Part shown: positions 17,289-32,300 of the stretch, piece after piece
How the letters are laid out: the number at the start of each line of letters is the position of its first letter
How positions within the stretch are numbered: position 1 is the stretch's first letter
Assembly: GCA_023205875.1 (NCBI GenBank)
Contig: CP060765.1
Span: 558,001 to 622,000 of the forward strand
Direction of reading: 5' to 3'
From: Chloropicon primus
Lineage: Eukaryota
Length of the DNA stretch: 64,000 bases
Notes under the pieces: model-generated
What the model was told of the DNA's origin: nothing
The model's database searches: none
What the model saw: the letters and a program-made list of their open reading frames with translations, nothing else
Position numbers and translations under genes: made by a program

Positions 17289-19870
17289 TTACTGGGAGCT
17301 CTGCACCAACCATCCTTGGGCCTTGGCCACCTCCACGCACTCCATCACTTTCTCCCTTGCGTCCGGGTAGTCCAGGCACAGGTCGTCCAGATTGTTCGTA
17401 ACCCTCTGGAATCCCATCTGTATCTGGTTCTCGCTCAGCTGGCCAGTGGAAGACAACTCCCCGAGCAGCTTCATGAGCTGCTTTTCCGCTTCGCCCTTCT
17501 TCTCCAACACCATGATGAGGCCAAGCTTCACAAACTCGTGGTGGAAATAGGTCGCGCTGAGGTCGCGCAGGCACTTGGAAGCCTCGGCAACGTCTTCGCT
17601 CAAGAGGTACTCCTCCAGAATCTTCTTCATCTTTTCCTTGTGCTCATCGGCAGTGGCCCTTGCTCCCACGCCCCAGCACCTGTGTAGCCTTTCCGCGGCG
17701 TGCCTGGCCGCCAGCAGCTGAGCGCAGTAGGTGAGACACTCCAAGGAAGCGGAATTCGTCTCGCTATCTCTGATGGCCTTTTCGATAAACCGGGGCTGGG
17801 CCAAGTCGTCGACAATGGTTCTGGCGAGGAAGAGGGCGCACTGGGTCACCACATCAGGGACGTCCAAGATGAGGTCGTCCATGTTATCGAGAAGCAGGGT
17901 AAAGCCCTTCTCCACATCCTTCATCGCCAGAACGTCGTTGTACATGTCGCAGAGAAGTATGCAAACCATCTCCTTGTCTTTTGGTCGCCTGTCCATAGCC
18001 AGGGTCAAGGCGCGCTTCACGAACCAGCCACAGTACTGAGACTGGTCCAGCTGCCTCAGGCTGACAATAGCTTCGGCCGCATCCCCGGAGTTGAAGTACT
18101 CCACCAGAAGGTTCGTGGCTGCCTCCCTGAAGGCAAGGAACGAAGCATCGAGCTTGTCCTCTGCCCCTGACGGTGGCCCCTCAGGTGCTTGCGAGTGCCC
18201 GTCGCCGGCAGGAATGCCCGCGAGGACGCCGCATGCGGAGGCCTCCTGCATCACCTTGTCGAATTTCACGGAAGCTTTTGGAATGTCAAGCTCCAGGTCG
18301 GGCAACCTCTGCTTCACTCTGTGGAAGCCCGTGGACATCTGGTGGTCGGAGATTAGGCCCGTCTCAGAAAGCTTCTTCAGCAAGCCCATCATCTTCGTTT
18401 GGATCGACTCCTCCTCCAGCATCATCACCACCGCCTGCTTGACGCACTCGTGGTGGAAGAAGGGGACCTTCAGACTGCTCAAGCAATGGCTCGCCTCCTC
18501 CACGTCCTGGCTCGTGTTGTACTCGTTTAGCAGTCCGTGCATGCTCAACTTGGTGGCGTCAATGTCCCTGCCGGCCCCAGAGCCCCAGCACCTCAGCAGT
18601 CTCTCCGTGGCGTGCCTGTGGTTGATGTGGGTGTCCACACAGTTCAGAGCACCCTGCACCAGTTCCGCATCCACCCCGTCGCCACCACCGCACCCGTCGG
18701 CCATCTTGGCGCGAACTTTCTGGGAGAAGCTCGGGGGAAGGATGTCATCGATCACAGCCCTCGCCATGAAAAGGCTCACAAAGTGCACGGCCTGCGGGTG
18801 GTCCAGCAGGATGTCGTCCAGACTGTACAGCACGTTCTCAAACCCAGTGAAGAACTGCTCCGCGGTCAGCACCTTGGGGTAAAGGAACGAGAAGAGCTGG
18901 GAGATCATCTCCCTCTCCCTCTGGCTCCTTCCCAAGCCAAGGAGCACTGCCTTCTTCACCAGCAGGTGATTCAGCTCCGGCGTCGCGAGCTCCTCCACGC
19001 TCCACCTGAAGTCGACCATGTCTCCGCACAACAAGAACTCCTGAAGATCGAGCTCCACCCGGGACTTGAAGTGCTTCATCTCCTCCTCGCTTCCCTTGTC
19101 GAAGGTCTTGCCGTCCTCGCTGCCGTTCGAGCCCCCCTTTGGGCCGGAGTACTCCCTATAATTGTAGTGTTGTACATCCTCATCAGGGTCGTAGTTCGGG
19201 TCCTTCTCGTCCAGGTAATGCTTGCTGTCCCCCGGGGAGGACACCAAGCCCTTCCAGAAGCCCTTGGACCTGATGCTCTTCTTCTCGCTCCTCTTCTTGT
19301 TGTGGGAGCTGTGGTGGGACTGGGCCCGGGCCGCGCTCGACTGCGAGTACGCCACCGGCACGTAGTTCCCCTTGTCAGCAGCAAGGGAGTCAGCCCTCTC
19401 AAGGCTGGGTCGGCGATCCCTGTCCTTCAAGTGGAGGTGCTGCTTCGCATTCAGCTTGCCATCCTCGTACGTCGCGCCCTGCTTTGCAGGGGACTTGTCC
19501 GTGCTCGGACGCCTCAAGAACATGAGTCCACCGTTCTCCCAAGGGTCGATGTCCAGCACGCTCGGCTTGTTGGACTTTTGGCCAGCAGCGTCCGCCTTGC
19601 CTCCGTCCTCCATCTCGTTCAGCTCATCGTCGCGGCGCTTGTCCGACAGAGCCTTCTCCAGCTGGAGCCTGAGGAGAGCAAAGCAACAGAGGCCAAGATG
19701 AATGATGTTGGAAACACACAAAGACAGAGAGACAGAGAGAGAGAGAGATTCCAGTTGAGCTTTTTTTTGAGAGAGAGTGGTTCAAAAGGGGGAAAGGAGA
19801 GACTCCTCCAAGCGCCTCGCACTCACCTCTGCTCTACGCTCAGGAAGCTATCCGCGTTTAGGTGCGCCAT
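17289..19870 (-). CDS. Four-MA3-domain translation regulator (PDCD4/MRF-like); exons 19827-19870 and 17289-19668
   Basis: LDEKDPNYD motif and repeated MA3 units (FHHECVKQAV, FHHEFVKLGL). Spliced N-terminus MAHLNADSFLSVEQR|LQLEK. Confidence 0.88.
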
Positions 19871-20388
19871 CTCGTCACAAAGATAAAGCAGCAAGAACTT
19901 TTTTTGGTTCCCACTTTTTTGGTCTTGGCTCGCTCGCTCGCAGAGTTTTTTTTTATCCCAAGAGGAAGAAACGCAAAACCAAGGTCCCTCGTGCCTAGGG
20001 TGGTATAAACCGTGCCGTCCGTCCCGGTCCCGCGTCGCTTCACACCGCCCCCACGACCGCGCGGTCGTCCTCGTGCCTCGTGCCTCTGCTCCGGGCGCTA
20101 ACCCTTTTTGCCCTTTTTGATGAGGAGGATAGAGGATGAAGGCGGAATATTATCCATCTTTGGAGGAGCAAGGGCGAGAGGGGGAGAACCGTGGATGGGT
20201 GGACTGGATGCAGGGTACGATCGTCTCTCCCTCACGCTTGAAAGGGAGCTGGTGGGTGGTGAGATGGTATCCAACCCACCGACGGCGGGAGAGGAGGATT
20301 AGGATTAGGATTGGGATTTTGTATTGATACATCGATTCATTAATAATTGTTGTTGTTGTTGCTTTTCGGGCCGATCTCGTCACCTCAA

Positions 20389-23300
20389 TCAGTCGTCCAA
20401 AGCGCACAGGGCCGCAGTGCCCTGCAAGATCCAGAAGTCTGGGTTCGTCTTCGGATCGATCGGCACGCTCAAGTTCAAGACGTAGTTCGTACTCTGTCCC
20501 GTGGTGCTCAGCACACCGGCACGAACCGAGGTCTTGTACAGGGGGCACTCGTAGTTCTCCTTGGGAGGAACGTAGTTCTCGATCGGCTCGAAGTGAATCA
20601 TGGGAAGGCCAGCAAACATGTTGCCGGGGCTGGACTCGATCAGCATCTTCTTCTCGAGGTCGAACTGGGCGCAGACCAGGAAGAGGCCGTGGATATACAC
20701 CCCGTTCTCCGGTGCGGATTCCAGGCCGTCCAAGGCGGTGATGTCGGTGCAGGTGAAGCCAAAGTTGAGCCTGTCGATGGCAATCTGGGTCTTCCTCGCG
20801 TGGTTCTGCAGGGCACCAGTCAGGAAACCCTGGGGGAAGAACAGGCCAGAGAGCCAGAAGGACTTGGGCTCCCCGTTGCAAAGCCAGTCGTCCATGAAAG
20901 CCACCCTCGCCATGAAATCCTTGACCCAGCCGGCCAAAGGCTTCAAGCTCGGGTAACCGTAGCGGTCCCACAACTGCGGCACCTGATTGTTGAGCATCCT
21001 CGTGAACATGAGATCAATGTCGCCACTCATGACGATGGTACCTTGGATCGCCATCTGAATGTCCTTGAGGGACTTGTTCAGGACCTTGATGAGCCTGTTG
21101 AAGCGATCCATCTCTTGGCCCAAAACCGTTCCCAGGGAGTTGGCCTGCCCGCTCTCCGTCACAGCGAAAGGGTTCCTCTCCTCGCTGGCGTTCTCCCTGT
21201 CGAGGATTCTCGGCATCTTTTCCTCGATTTCCTTGGCAAGCTCCGCCACAATATCCTCGCTCGACTTACCTCCGCTTGCGGTGGAGACCTGGGGCTGAAT
21301 GCTCAGCACGACGTCCACCACCTTCTTGCTCTCCTGCATCTGGAACTGCAAGGTGGCGTTATCGTGCATTCCAAAAATGTCTGGAGTGTCGGTGATGGGC
21401 AGGCCCCTGATGTACGTCTGGTAAGACTCCAAGTCGCCCTCCTCTGGGACCCTGTAGATTCCAGAAGGCGTGAGCTTGTACGACTCGTCCAAGACCTCTG
21501 GGTTGTAGTACTTTGCCAGGATGGACATGAGCAGCCTCCTGTCCAAGTCATCTGTCACCCTTCCACCGTAGTTAATCATTCCGGTGACATAGACGAGAGC
21601 AGGCCATGGAATGAAGTCCTGCTCGTCCAAAAAGTTCCTCAGCGTCATCATCGACGTCTCCAGGTCGCTGTTGCTGAAGTCGTAGGCCTTGTTCCAGCCA
21701 ATGGGTCCGAACTTTCTCCTCTCCTGGATCACGGCATGGAAGAAGTTGCAGGCAAACACGAGCTTCTTCCAGGGGGCTGGCTTCGTGCAGCTGTCCAGGA
21801 AGGCTGGGGGCTGGTCCGCGTAAGATCGCAGAATGTTGGCCCTGATTCCCTTGGGGGGCTCCATGGTCACCTTGATTCCGCTCTGCAGGACCGGCACCGG
21901 GAAGTGAGCCGCAGGCATCGACGTGAGCCACAGGCGGAACTCGTCATGAACGTCAGGATCGGTCTGGAGGCCCTCGACGATCTGCTCCATGCGGACCATC
22001 CAACTCTTGGCCAAGTGGCAGTTCTGCAAGCAGACCCAGTCCCCTGTTTCGGTCGCTTGCCTGATCCTCATCTCTGCGATAGGTCCCTGACCCTGACCCA
22101 AGGAAATGATGTGGAGACGCTCGCCGGGTATCCTGTCCTTGGTCACGGCGAACCTCTGCACCATGCCTGTTGGGTCCGCACCCGTGGAAAGGATGAAGAT
22201 GACCGGGGTGCTCTTGTTCGAGTCCTTGTACACCTCCTCAATGTTCAGCGGAGGAATGTCCGTGAACTCCTTGCCGAGGTTGTCCCCGATGTACCTCTGG
22301 ATGGAGAAAAGCAGGGAGTCCTCCCTGAAGATCTTTGTGAACAGAACCCTGTCAAAGTTGTCGATCCCTCCCTCCCCGAGGGCAGGGATGTCCGCATTCT
22401 GGGGCTCTTCTGACCTGAGGAAATCCTCCCAAGCCTTTGGGTTGGACTTGATGGTTTCCGGCAGGGCCTTCATAGAGTCTACCGAAGCCGAGAGACCCAG
22501 AACGTTCTGCCAAGCGCTCTTGGTCATCCAACCTTGGAGCTCTTGAGGCACCTCAATCTCCTCGTTTCCACCGACGGCTCCCCGGAGGAAGAAGTTCCAC
22601 TTCTCTGCCAAGAGGGTGCCCTCCTGCCTCAGGATCGACGAGCAGATCAAGAACGAGTAAATCGTCTTGTGGGCCTCGAAGAGACCTCTGCACACCATGA
22701 GGTACATGAAGCGGGTCGTGTAAGTCATCAAGTTCTCCAGGCGCTGCTCCACAGTGTCCGCCTTCTCAGACTCGTCGATGCAGTAGTTGAAAAGCTGGGT
22801 GAAGTAGGAGAGCGAGTACTGGTACATGGGATCGATCAGGGCGAGGTCCGCGATCACAAAGTAGAGGATGGATCCCCTGATTGGGGCGGGGCGCCATTCC
22901 TCACGAGCGGCGTTGATCTTCGCCTCTGTCTCCTCCGCTTCTTTCACACGACCGGCGATGACACCGGACGTCAGCTTGGAGTTGTTGAGGGTGTTGATAA
23001 GGACCTCGTCGTCCAGGATGTTGCCCTGGGACTCCTTGAGCAGCTTGAGAATCTTGTCCTCGAGGTCCCTCAGCTGCCTCTTGTCGTTCGAGATGCTCAC
23101 CACCAGCCTGTCTTTCTGCTCCTCCAGGTCCGGCCTCTCCTTCCTCACCAAGTCTCCCAAAAGCTGGTCCTCGAGACCCTTGAAGGTGACGGTGAAGTTG
23201 ATCAGAGTCACCTTGATGCAAATCTCCGGAAGGTAATGGGGGTTCGACATCTTTGTCGTCATGTAGAATCGGAAGTTCTCGTCATAGTCAACGTCGCTGT

Positions 23301-26300
23301 CACCGATTCTGATGAGACTGCGGTTGCCCTGCTTGAAGACCTGCTTCTGAAGGACTGGGTCCAAGGCAGGATCCAGGACCTCCCCGATGTCTTCCAGGAG
23401 CACGGGGCTTCCGATACGGATGCTGTTCTCAAGGGTACGCAAGAGGTTGGCATCCGTGAGCTTGATGGTCCTGAGCCCGTTCTTCGCCTGCATGGTCTTG
23501 ATCCACTTGTTGGCCTGAGACTGGGGGTCAATCATGAGCGGCCACCTCTTGCCTCGGGTCACGAGGATGCCATTGTCAACCGAGACATTGTCTGTCGGGA
23601 GGCCTTGGATGTTCCACTCCCTCACTTCGACGGCACTCGCGCAGACCTTCTGCAAAGTGAAATCGTCGCTTACAGGGATGTTGGACTCCTTGCACAGCTT
23701 CATCCAATCGGCGAGGATGTTGTTTCTGTACGACCCAGTGAAGGCACCCAGGTAAGAGATGTAGCCGGAAGCGTTGAAGACGTCTCCGATCAGCAAGACC
23801 ATGGACTCGGCAATCTGCTCTGCCGTTTCGTTCCATCTCACAGCCTCGTCTCCCAGCGCAGACGTAAGCTTTCCGGCCCTGGCGAGCCTCTTCTCGGACA
23901 AGTCAGCCTGGTCCTTGAGCTCCTTGAGCTCCGACTGCGACTTTTCGAGCTGGGCCTGGAGGCCATCGACCTTGTCCACGACTTCCTTGAGCTGGGCCTG
24001 CTTCTCGGCCAACGCGGCCTGCATGGTTTGCAGCTTGGTCTCCGCCTCCCTCAAAGCTTCCCTCTTTGGGCCCACGACCTTTGCGATCTTCGCGTAAGTG
24101 TCCATGGCGCGGCACCACATGCAAAGGCTCTTCGCCGCATTCGACTGCTTTGCCACGGCATCGGGCGTGAAGACAGGGTCTTCGATGTACTTCTTGATCT
24201 GCTTCAGGACCTTCTCGGGAATGTTGTCCTTGTCATAGTCGATCAGCTTGTTGATGAACTGGATGTCACCCAACACCTTCTTGGCAGAGTCCCAATCGGC
24301 TTTCTGCTGCAAAAGAATGCACACGACTTCCATGGTCATCCCCACGAGCGGTGGCGGGTTCTTAAAACCCTTGATCTCCGTGATGTCGCCCTTGTTCAGC
24401 GCATTCAAGGCCTTTGTCGCGCCTTCCAAAGCAGGCAGGGCCTGGTCAAGATCTTTCTGCGCATCATCCTTGATAGCCTGGGTCTCCGCCGTACTCTTGT
24501 CAACCTCCGCCGCTTCGGCAGAAACGACCTTCTTCACCTTTTCTGCCTCGGCCTTCTCCCCCTCGACCTCAGCGATCAGTTTGGTGGTGGACTCGGACTT
24601 ATCCTTCAGGATCGGCTGCAGCTTGTTCAGCTCCTCCTTCATCGTGTCAACGACCTCGTTGGTCTGCTTCAGTTTGTTCAAACCATTCACGAGACGGTCA
24701 CGAGAGATGGAATACTCCTCTCTCTTCTCCGCCAGGAGCTGGACGTACATGTTAATCAGGTCCAAGTAACTCTTTGGGGTGATGTAGTACTTCCTTCTCA
24801 GCTCACTGTAGAACAGCTCGTTCGCCTTGGTGATCGAGAGGTGCACATCCACGCACGCCCTCGCGACGGCCTTGTTGATCTCGTCGGACTCCAGCTTCAC
24901 ATTCGCGAGGTACTGCTCCGACACGGACAGCAAAGCGTCCTCGGGCCACTGGGAGTACCAGTCGATCGTGCAGCAGTTGATCAGAGATGGGAACTGCCTG
25001 CACCTGGCCCTGAAAGCTTCTCCGACCGGAGACATGCAGAGCACGATGTGCAGGTTGTCCCTGACCCTGTCCACGAAAGCTTGGTAGAGCCCGTCGCGGG
25101 ACAGCTGCATGCCCTGGTCATCACACCACTGCCTGATGTCAGCGATGCACTTCTCCTTCTCGTCGGACGTGTACATCCCTGGCACCTCCCCACTGTTCAG
25201 AATGTTGTTGACGTCCTCGACGAAGCTCTCGTCTGCGATCTGGTTGTCCGTGAACAGGAAGGCGAGGGGCGTGCCGTCGATTCCGGCCTTCTTGTAAAGG
25301 CTCTTGATGTCCTCCCTGAACTCGTTCAGCTTGTACCCCCTCTTCAGCTCGATCTGGAAGCACTCCGTGTCGCTCATGTGGCAGGCAAACCTCGTGAGGG
25401 ACTGCTTTCCGGATCCGCCCACGCCAACGAGCATGGCGTTACCCCTGGGCTGCCTCAGGACCCTAGCGAGCCTGTTGACGTGCTCGATGGCATCCCTGAA
25501 GAACACAAGGTTCATGGCGTTCGTGCTCGACATGTTATAGTCATCGAGGTAATCGATCAAGAGCTTCTTCACCTTCTCGAGCTCCTTTACCTCCTCGTAG
25601 ACCTTGTCCTCCCTATCGACCCCAAGACGAAGGTAGTCTCCGAACATAATCGGTTCGCTCTCAAAGTACTCCTCGTAAGACTCCGGGATGCTGAACCTTC
25701 CTCGAAGCATTTGGTGCATCATCTCCATCAACCACTTTTTGTCCTCGTCGTTGATGAGACGGTCGTGGAACACCCTCATGTTCTCGTGGGCCCACAACTT
25801 GGTGAGGACCTCCTTCTGCTGGCAGTTTCCAGGCTTGATGAGCAGGATGCCCTGGAAGACCTTGGAAATGTCTCTCAGGTTGAACGTATAGTGAGACTTG
25901 GTCGGCGTGGGCAGGAGCTCCGTGCTGATTCTGTTGTAGATCTCGATGGTGGAGTCCACCATCGGCTTCAAGAGGCCCTTGAACTCCGGAGGGAAGTCCT
26001 CCAAGAAGCCGCCGCAGATCGACGAGAAGATCTTTTGCATGACCTCCTCGCTCGGTTGCGGAACGTTCAGGAGGGCAAAATGCCTGACGAAGCGGGGGGT
26101 GATTTCCTGCCTTCCTCCTCCCGGTGGAGCGCAAGCAGTGCAAATCACGGTGTCCTCGATGTCCTTCCAGAACAGCTTCTTCCTGTCATAGAAGCCCTTG
26201 AAGTCCTGGAACTGCCTCAGCAGCTCCACCGGTGGCTGTGCGCCGTACGTCTCTCTCGCAGGCATGTTGACGTCGTCCACGAAGAGCACGAACTTCTTCC

Positions 26301-29300
26301 CTGGGGGAGCCCCAAATCTCGTCTTGCGCTTCTTCTCAAGCTTGGACTCGATGAGGAACTGGGTGTCGATCGCGGTCGTCTGGGCACTGAAGTTGGCAAC
26401 GATTGGCAGGATGTTCTTCTCCTGAGAAGTGCTGAGCAGGTTCATCGCGATCGCACTCTTGCCCACACCACTCTCTCCGATGAAGAGCACACTGTAGTTG
26501 ACATCCAGGAAGGTGCCCATCAACCAGCTGTACCTAGTCGTGTCCAGCGTCGGCACGAGGAGCTGGAAGTAAGGCACGTCCGACTTGTACTCAAAGGACT
26601 TGACGATGTTGCCCCACGGCTTGAATTCGAGCTCTTCGTTGATGTAGTAGTCATACAGCTGACCACCGGGAGGGAGGGAGCAGTTCTCCGAGAGCTCCTC
26701 GCGGGCGAATTCATCGAACTTCTCCCAGAACGTCTCGATCACGTTTCCTGAAACTCCCCAGACCAGGGAGAAGGCAAAGAGCTGTCCCAAGGCTCCCTTC
26801 ACAGTCTCGGTGTTGTTCTCCGCCGACCGGTGCGTTTCAAAGAATTGCAGAAGGAGGGATTCAATGACCTTTGACACCGTGGTGACGAGATTGATGTCCA
26901 CCGAGCCGATGTATTCCCTGCAATTCTTGCGAATGTACTGCAGGCAATGGTTGATGTGGGCATCGAAGAGGGCAAGAAGGCTCTGGCAAAGCTCCGCGGA
27001 GTCGGACGCCTTCTTCTCCAGCAGCTTATCCGCGAGGTGAGCAAGCCACGTCTGAATGTAGGGCCTCCACCCCGTCGTCTCAGCTGGGACGTAGACCATA
27101 CCGCATCGACTCACTGTGGCTGGAGACGCCACCGCGAGGTCCTGGACCTCGAAGAGCATCCTCATCGTCGTTGGGTTGAGCTTGATTCTCTCACCATTTG
27201 GCAAGCAAAGGGTGCAGTTGTCATCCAGCACGGTGTTCATGTTCTCGATCCAGATCGCGTCGACAGGGCCATCGAAGACCACCCACTTCTTGTCCTCCTT
27301 CGTGTCCGCCACGGCATTCCTGATCAGGGTCGATCCGAGGCCATCCGTCCACTCGTTGGTCAGAAGGTTGTACTCTCCGTACAGCTCTCCCATTTTGATG
27401 CACTTTGGGTTGAACACGTAAGTGTGCGTCTTCTGGAACGACTCGTTGGGGTTGTTCCTTTCCCTCAACAGGGTCATCGCAGCCTTCAACATCCTGTAGA
27501 TCTCGGTCTTGCCACCACCCGTGGGGCCCACAAGCATGACTCCAAAACGGACGTTGAACGTCTCGTAGAGCTGAATGACCTTCAAGATGAAGTCATCCAC
27601 CGTCTGGAGGGTGGCATCTGTCGTGCACTTCTCGATCGCAGTCTTCAGATCACCGTAGTCGTTGGCAGGCACCTCGACTCCAGGGAAGAGGTCCTTGACG
27701 ATCGCGTTGAAAAGGACGCAATCCTCCTCCAGGAACTTCGGGATGTTGCTGTCCCTCATGGCACGAATGAGGGTGATGTCCTCACTGAGGTTCGGCGAAG
27801 CACGCTTAAGACTGCCCGCCATGACAAGAACGGATTTCAAGGCACGCATACCGAAATCGTAGTGATCCTGCTGAGACAGCTGCTCACTCGACAGCTTGTA
27901 GAGCTTGACCATCTTTCTCGACAGAGTCTTGGCGTCCTCGAAGCCTTCGGCAAAGAGCATGACCTCGGCCACGAGCGCGTAATCTGGAATCATCATGGCC
28001 ACGTTCCTGAAGAGGGCCTTCAAGTTGTCAGGGAGCTCAGTTCTGCCCGCATAACCTGGGTTCATCGTGATGAACACGCCGCATGGGATGAGCCTGATCT
28101 CCCTGCCTTCGAAGACGAACTTGTTCACACCCGCCTTCATCGCGTTCTGAATCGTTAGCAGCTGCTGGGCGACCACAGAAAGCACCTCAATGTCAATTCT
28201 GTTGAACTCGTCGAAGCAAGCCCAAGCTCCGCACTGCGCGAGACCGGAGAAGAATTTGCCCATGAACTTGTAATCCAAGTTATCACCACAGTTGAACACG
28301 ACGCACTGGATACCCAAGGCTTTTCCCAAATCCTTTGTCGTCTCTGTCTTGCCAGTACCGGCTGGACCGGCTGGGGCTCCTCCCAGTTTCAGATGCAGCG
28401 CCCCGGTCAGGGTCATGTAGCACCTATCCGTCATTGGGGTCACGACCAGACGGGGCTGGGCACCAAGGTACTCGTAGCCGTAGACGAACTTCGCGTTGAC
28501 TTGGCGCACGATAATCGAATCCGTTTCTTCGCTCCAGTAGAACCTGAGCTGCATTTGCCAGCCGAAGTCTGAGATCTTGTGAATCTTTTCGCCGATCAGA
28601 TTGGACACTATGTCTCTGTTGTGGACGTCCAGGGTGATCAGGGTCACAAGGATCTTACGCTGAAGTTTCGTCAGGTCGGTTCTCACCAGCTCCGAAAGCA
28701 TGGCCAGGTTCTTGACGTTCTTCTCGAGGAAGGTCTCCAGGTCGCTTCCAGGGTTCTCCGAGTTTGGCGCAAGGCAAGCCTCAAGCTCCCCGCACCAATG
28801 GATGCTGTGACAAGAGAGAACGAGCTGGGCTGGCTGGGCCAGGATCCACTCTTTCCTCTCGCTGCTAGCATAGTCATTGTAGCCCTTTTTGCCCAACCTC
28901 TTGAGAGAGTTCTGCATGAAGGTCTCCACATCAGTGAGCCACTTCTCGATATTGCCCCTGGCCCTCAAGTTCTTTCCGAGGCTCACGTACTCGCCCTCGC
29001 CAGACTTCATGCCGAAAATGTCCGTGCTCTTTGGATCTTCCCCAAAGTCAAGACTCTTGATGCCGTCAAAGCACTTGGACATGTGCGGCTGAACGGCCTG
29101 GACGTTCTTGGTCTGCGAAAGGATCTCCAACAGCTCGTCGTTGGACAAGAAGTAGAAACGAGGGAAGCTCATCCTCTTCGTCTCCAAGTAGTCCTCGAGG
29201 TTCTTCTGGACCTTCTCCAAAGTCTCGTTGCTCTTTTGGAAGAGCTCGAGCCATCCCGGGGTGCTGCCCGCCTGCAAAGCGTTTCCGCGGTCCTTGGTCC

Positions 29301-32300
29301 TCCTCATGATGTCCTTGAACTGCTTATCCACCGCGAAGAACGCTTTCGACTCGTTTGGAAGCTGCCTCTGGATGTCCGCAGCGCTAAAGATGCTCTCGAG
29401 GTACATCCACTGCTTCTGGCACTCCAGCCACTCATCCAGGGTGTCAGAGAACAGGCGCAGCTGGTTGTTCAGCTTGTCCACCTCTGCGCGGATTCCGGTA
29501 ACGAATCGGCTGGCAAGAATGACGCTCATGGTCACCATGCTGTCCTCCAGGGCGGCTATGATCTCGTCCACGCCTCCCAGAATGAACGCATCCTTGAGCT
29601 CCTTGAAAGGAAGGACGGTGAACTCGATGTCCACCCACTTGTCGTTAATCTTCTTCAGCATGCCCTCAAGCGAGGCCTCTTGCGTGGCCTCCGTACTAAT
29701 TCTCGAGATGTCGTCCTTGAAGTTCTCCACGCTGAAGCTCATGAGCAAGCCGAGAGTGAAGGACTCGTCCCTGACGAGCTCTTGATTCATGACCTCCTGG
29801 ACTTTCTCCCAGTGCCTCTCCTTCATGTCCTCGTTTCTCAGGTTCTGCACGATTGGGAGGGTGTCCTTGAACTTGTACACCTTGTCCTTCAAGTTGTCAA
29901 CGACCTTGTTCATCGGAAGGCCCCTCTCGCACTTGAACACAAGCTTGGAGTACTTCATGATCTTCTCCTCCATGTCCGGGACATCCAACTTCTCGAACTG
30001 CTCTTGCTGCCACTTCTCTGCGACGGAGGACCAGGACACTGTTGCGTCCCACAGAGAGTGCTTCAGATCCACCTCCTCGCTGCAGGCGTCGAGGTCGTCG
30101 AACCTGGCCTCGGTGACTCTGAAAAGTCGCTGGTGCTTCTGAATGGTCTTCGCCTGCTGCTTCAAGTCAGCGACCTTGTTGACAAGGTCCTTGGTGTAGT
30201 CCCAGACCGTCTGAGTGTCCGACTTCTCGTCCAGTATTATCTCATTCTGAGCATGGAGCCTGATGTCAACCGCAGTCTTCGTGAGCTCATCGCAGTCGTT
30301 CTCAAGGACGGCACTAAATTTGGAGATGTACTCGTCCTTGGAAGCCTCGGCGACCTCAATCGAGTTCTTGAAGTTGCTGAAATCAGGACCAAGGGTCTGG
30401 TAAGCAGCGTGCTCGATGTCCGGCACCTTGATGGAGAACTCCTCGATGAGATCGTAGTGAGAGACCACCGCCACGTAACGGCTCTCGTAATTCTCCCTCT
30501 CCTCAGAGACCTTGGCCAAGAACTCAAGGAAGTCGACGAATTCCTCGACGGTGGAGGGAACGGAGCTCAGGTTCGAGTTCGCGTTACGCAAGTCCGACAC
30601 AAAGTCTCCGTAGCTCTCGCTGGCCAGCCTTGGCAAGAGCTCGCTGATCTCGTGGAGGCACCTCTGGGGCGAAGGCAAGAACTCGTTCTTGAGGCCCTCC
30701 ATGTTCACCCGAATGATTCCGTTGTCGTTGGTCGTGCTCAACGCCGTGATCTCCTCCAGCTGCTTCTGGTACAGGAGAACATCGTCCCTGAATATCTCCA
30801 GGGTGCGCTGTCCGTTCTCCACTTCCTTTCTCATGTCCGCAGAGTTCACGTCCCTGTTCTCCAGCACGATGTCCCTGTACGGCGCGAAGATCGTCTTGAA
30901 CTCCTCAGCGTCCTCAAAAGCAAGAGCCAGTGAGTCCTTCACTTCGCTGGCGAGGCCGTGGTACTTCTCGTCCGCGACGAGCTCTGCGATGGTGATGCTG
31001 ATCTCTATGTCCACGTTCTGCTCGATGAAGACCTTGAGCTTGTCGTGGGTGGGCAAGCGGATGACCGCTCCCATGACATCCAAGAAGCCTTCCAGAATGT
31101 CTTCCGCCTTTGCCTGGAAATCGTCCACGGAGGGCTTGAAAATGAGCTCGTCCTCCTCGTCCATCAGGATTTCGATCTCGAAGATCGGGGAGGATTGCTT
31201 CTCCACCACCTCGTCCAGCCTGGCGCTCGGGTGGCCCAGCACGTCGAGCACGCCGCCCACCGAGCCGATCAGGACGTCGTGGAGGGTGTCGCAAATCATG
31301 TAGTCCGCCAGCCTGATGTAATTGAACAGTTTGCGCTGCTCCGACCTCTTGGCCGCCGTGATGGCGTACGAAAACTTGTTCTCGTCCTCGATGCGCTGGG
31401 TGTTCTTGCCCATCTTCTTCTCCGTTGCCGTGGCCAAGAAGTCGCCCTCCTGCTCGCTGCCCTTTCCAAACAAACGTTCCTCGAGGATCTCAATAGCGGC
31501 GGAGCAGCTGTCCTCCACCGTCTCCACAATGCTGCTGAACAATTCCCCGAGCGTGTCCCTCACCACCTCCCTGCGCGTCACTTGCTTCTCGTAAAAATCG
31601 TCCAGCGCGTACAAGTTCTCCGTGTCGATGTCGTGCAAGGTCAGGTCAGAGAGCTCGTGGCAAAAGTTCCTGATCTTGAGCAAGCTCTTCTGGAACACTG
31701 GATTCAGGATGAACAAGTTCCTTTCGAGCATCTGCTTGCAGTGCCTCGTCTTCTTGTGCCTCACGCACTTCTTCCACGTCGCGAAGCCCTTCCAGAGCTT
31801 GTACTGCCTGAACACGTCCAAGTTAATGATTTGGTTGTACAGGTGGTACTCCCTCTTCCACTGGTCGAGGGGCGTGAACTCGGCCTGGCCATCGATGAAG
31901 TGGGTGACTCCAGCAGCGCTCATCGTGTAAAAGTGGTCCTCGTCAATGTCCGAGTGGTTCACCACCTCCAAGTCGTATGGGTTGTAAGCCAGGGAGTTGG
32001 TCTTCAGTGGGGCCAGGTAAACGAACTCCAAAGAGTCGTAGTGCTCGCGCAGCATGTTCAGGAAGGAGTACCAGGGCCTGGCCTCCTCGTCCATGCTCGC
32101 GATGCTCAATTGCCTGCCACCTGGCCCGCCAGCCATCTCCGTAGTCTCGTCTCCCGAGGAGCTCGACTCGTCCTGCCCCCTTATTTTTATGGGGTGGTCA
32201 ATGTCTCTCCCCTTCAAGTCTTGGCCGGTTTCGCCGGGCATCTTCGCCGCCGAGGAGCCCTGGGACGTGCCCCTCACCTTGGACTTCTTCGAGGACTTGA

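Noticed and set aside
20108..20330. Short ORFs and small hairpins between the MA3 gene and the dynein 3' end
   Set aside because: No recognisable protein or RNA family; the stems are short enough to be chance.
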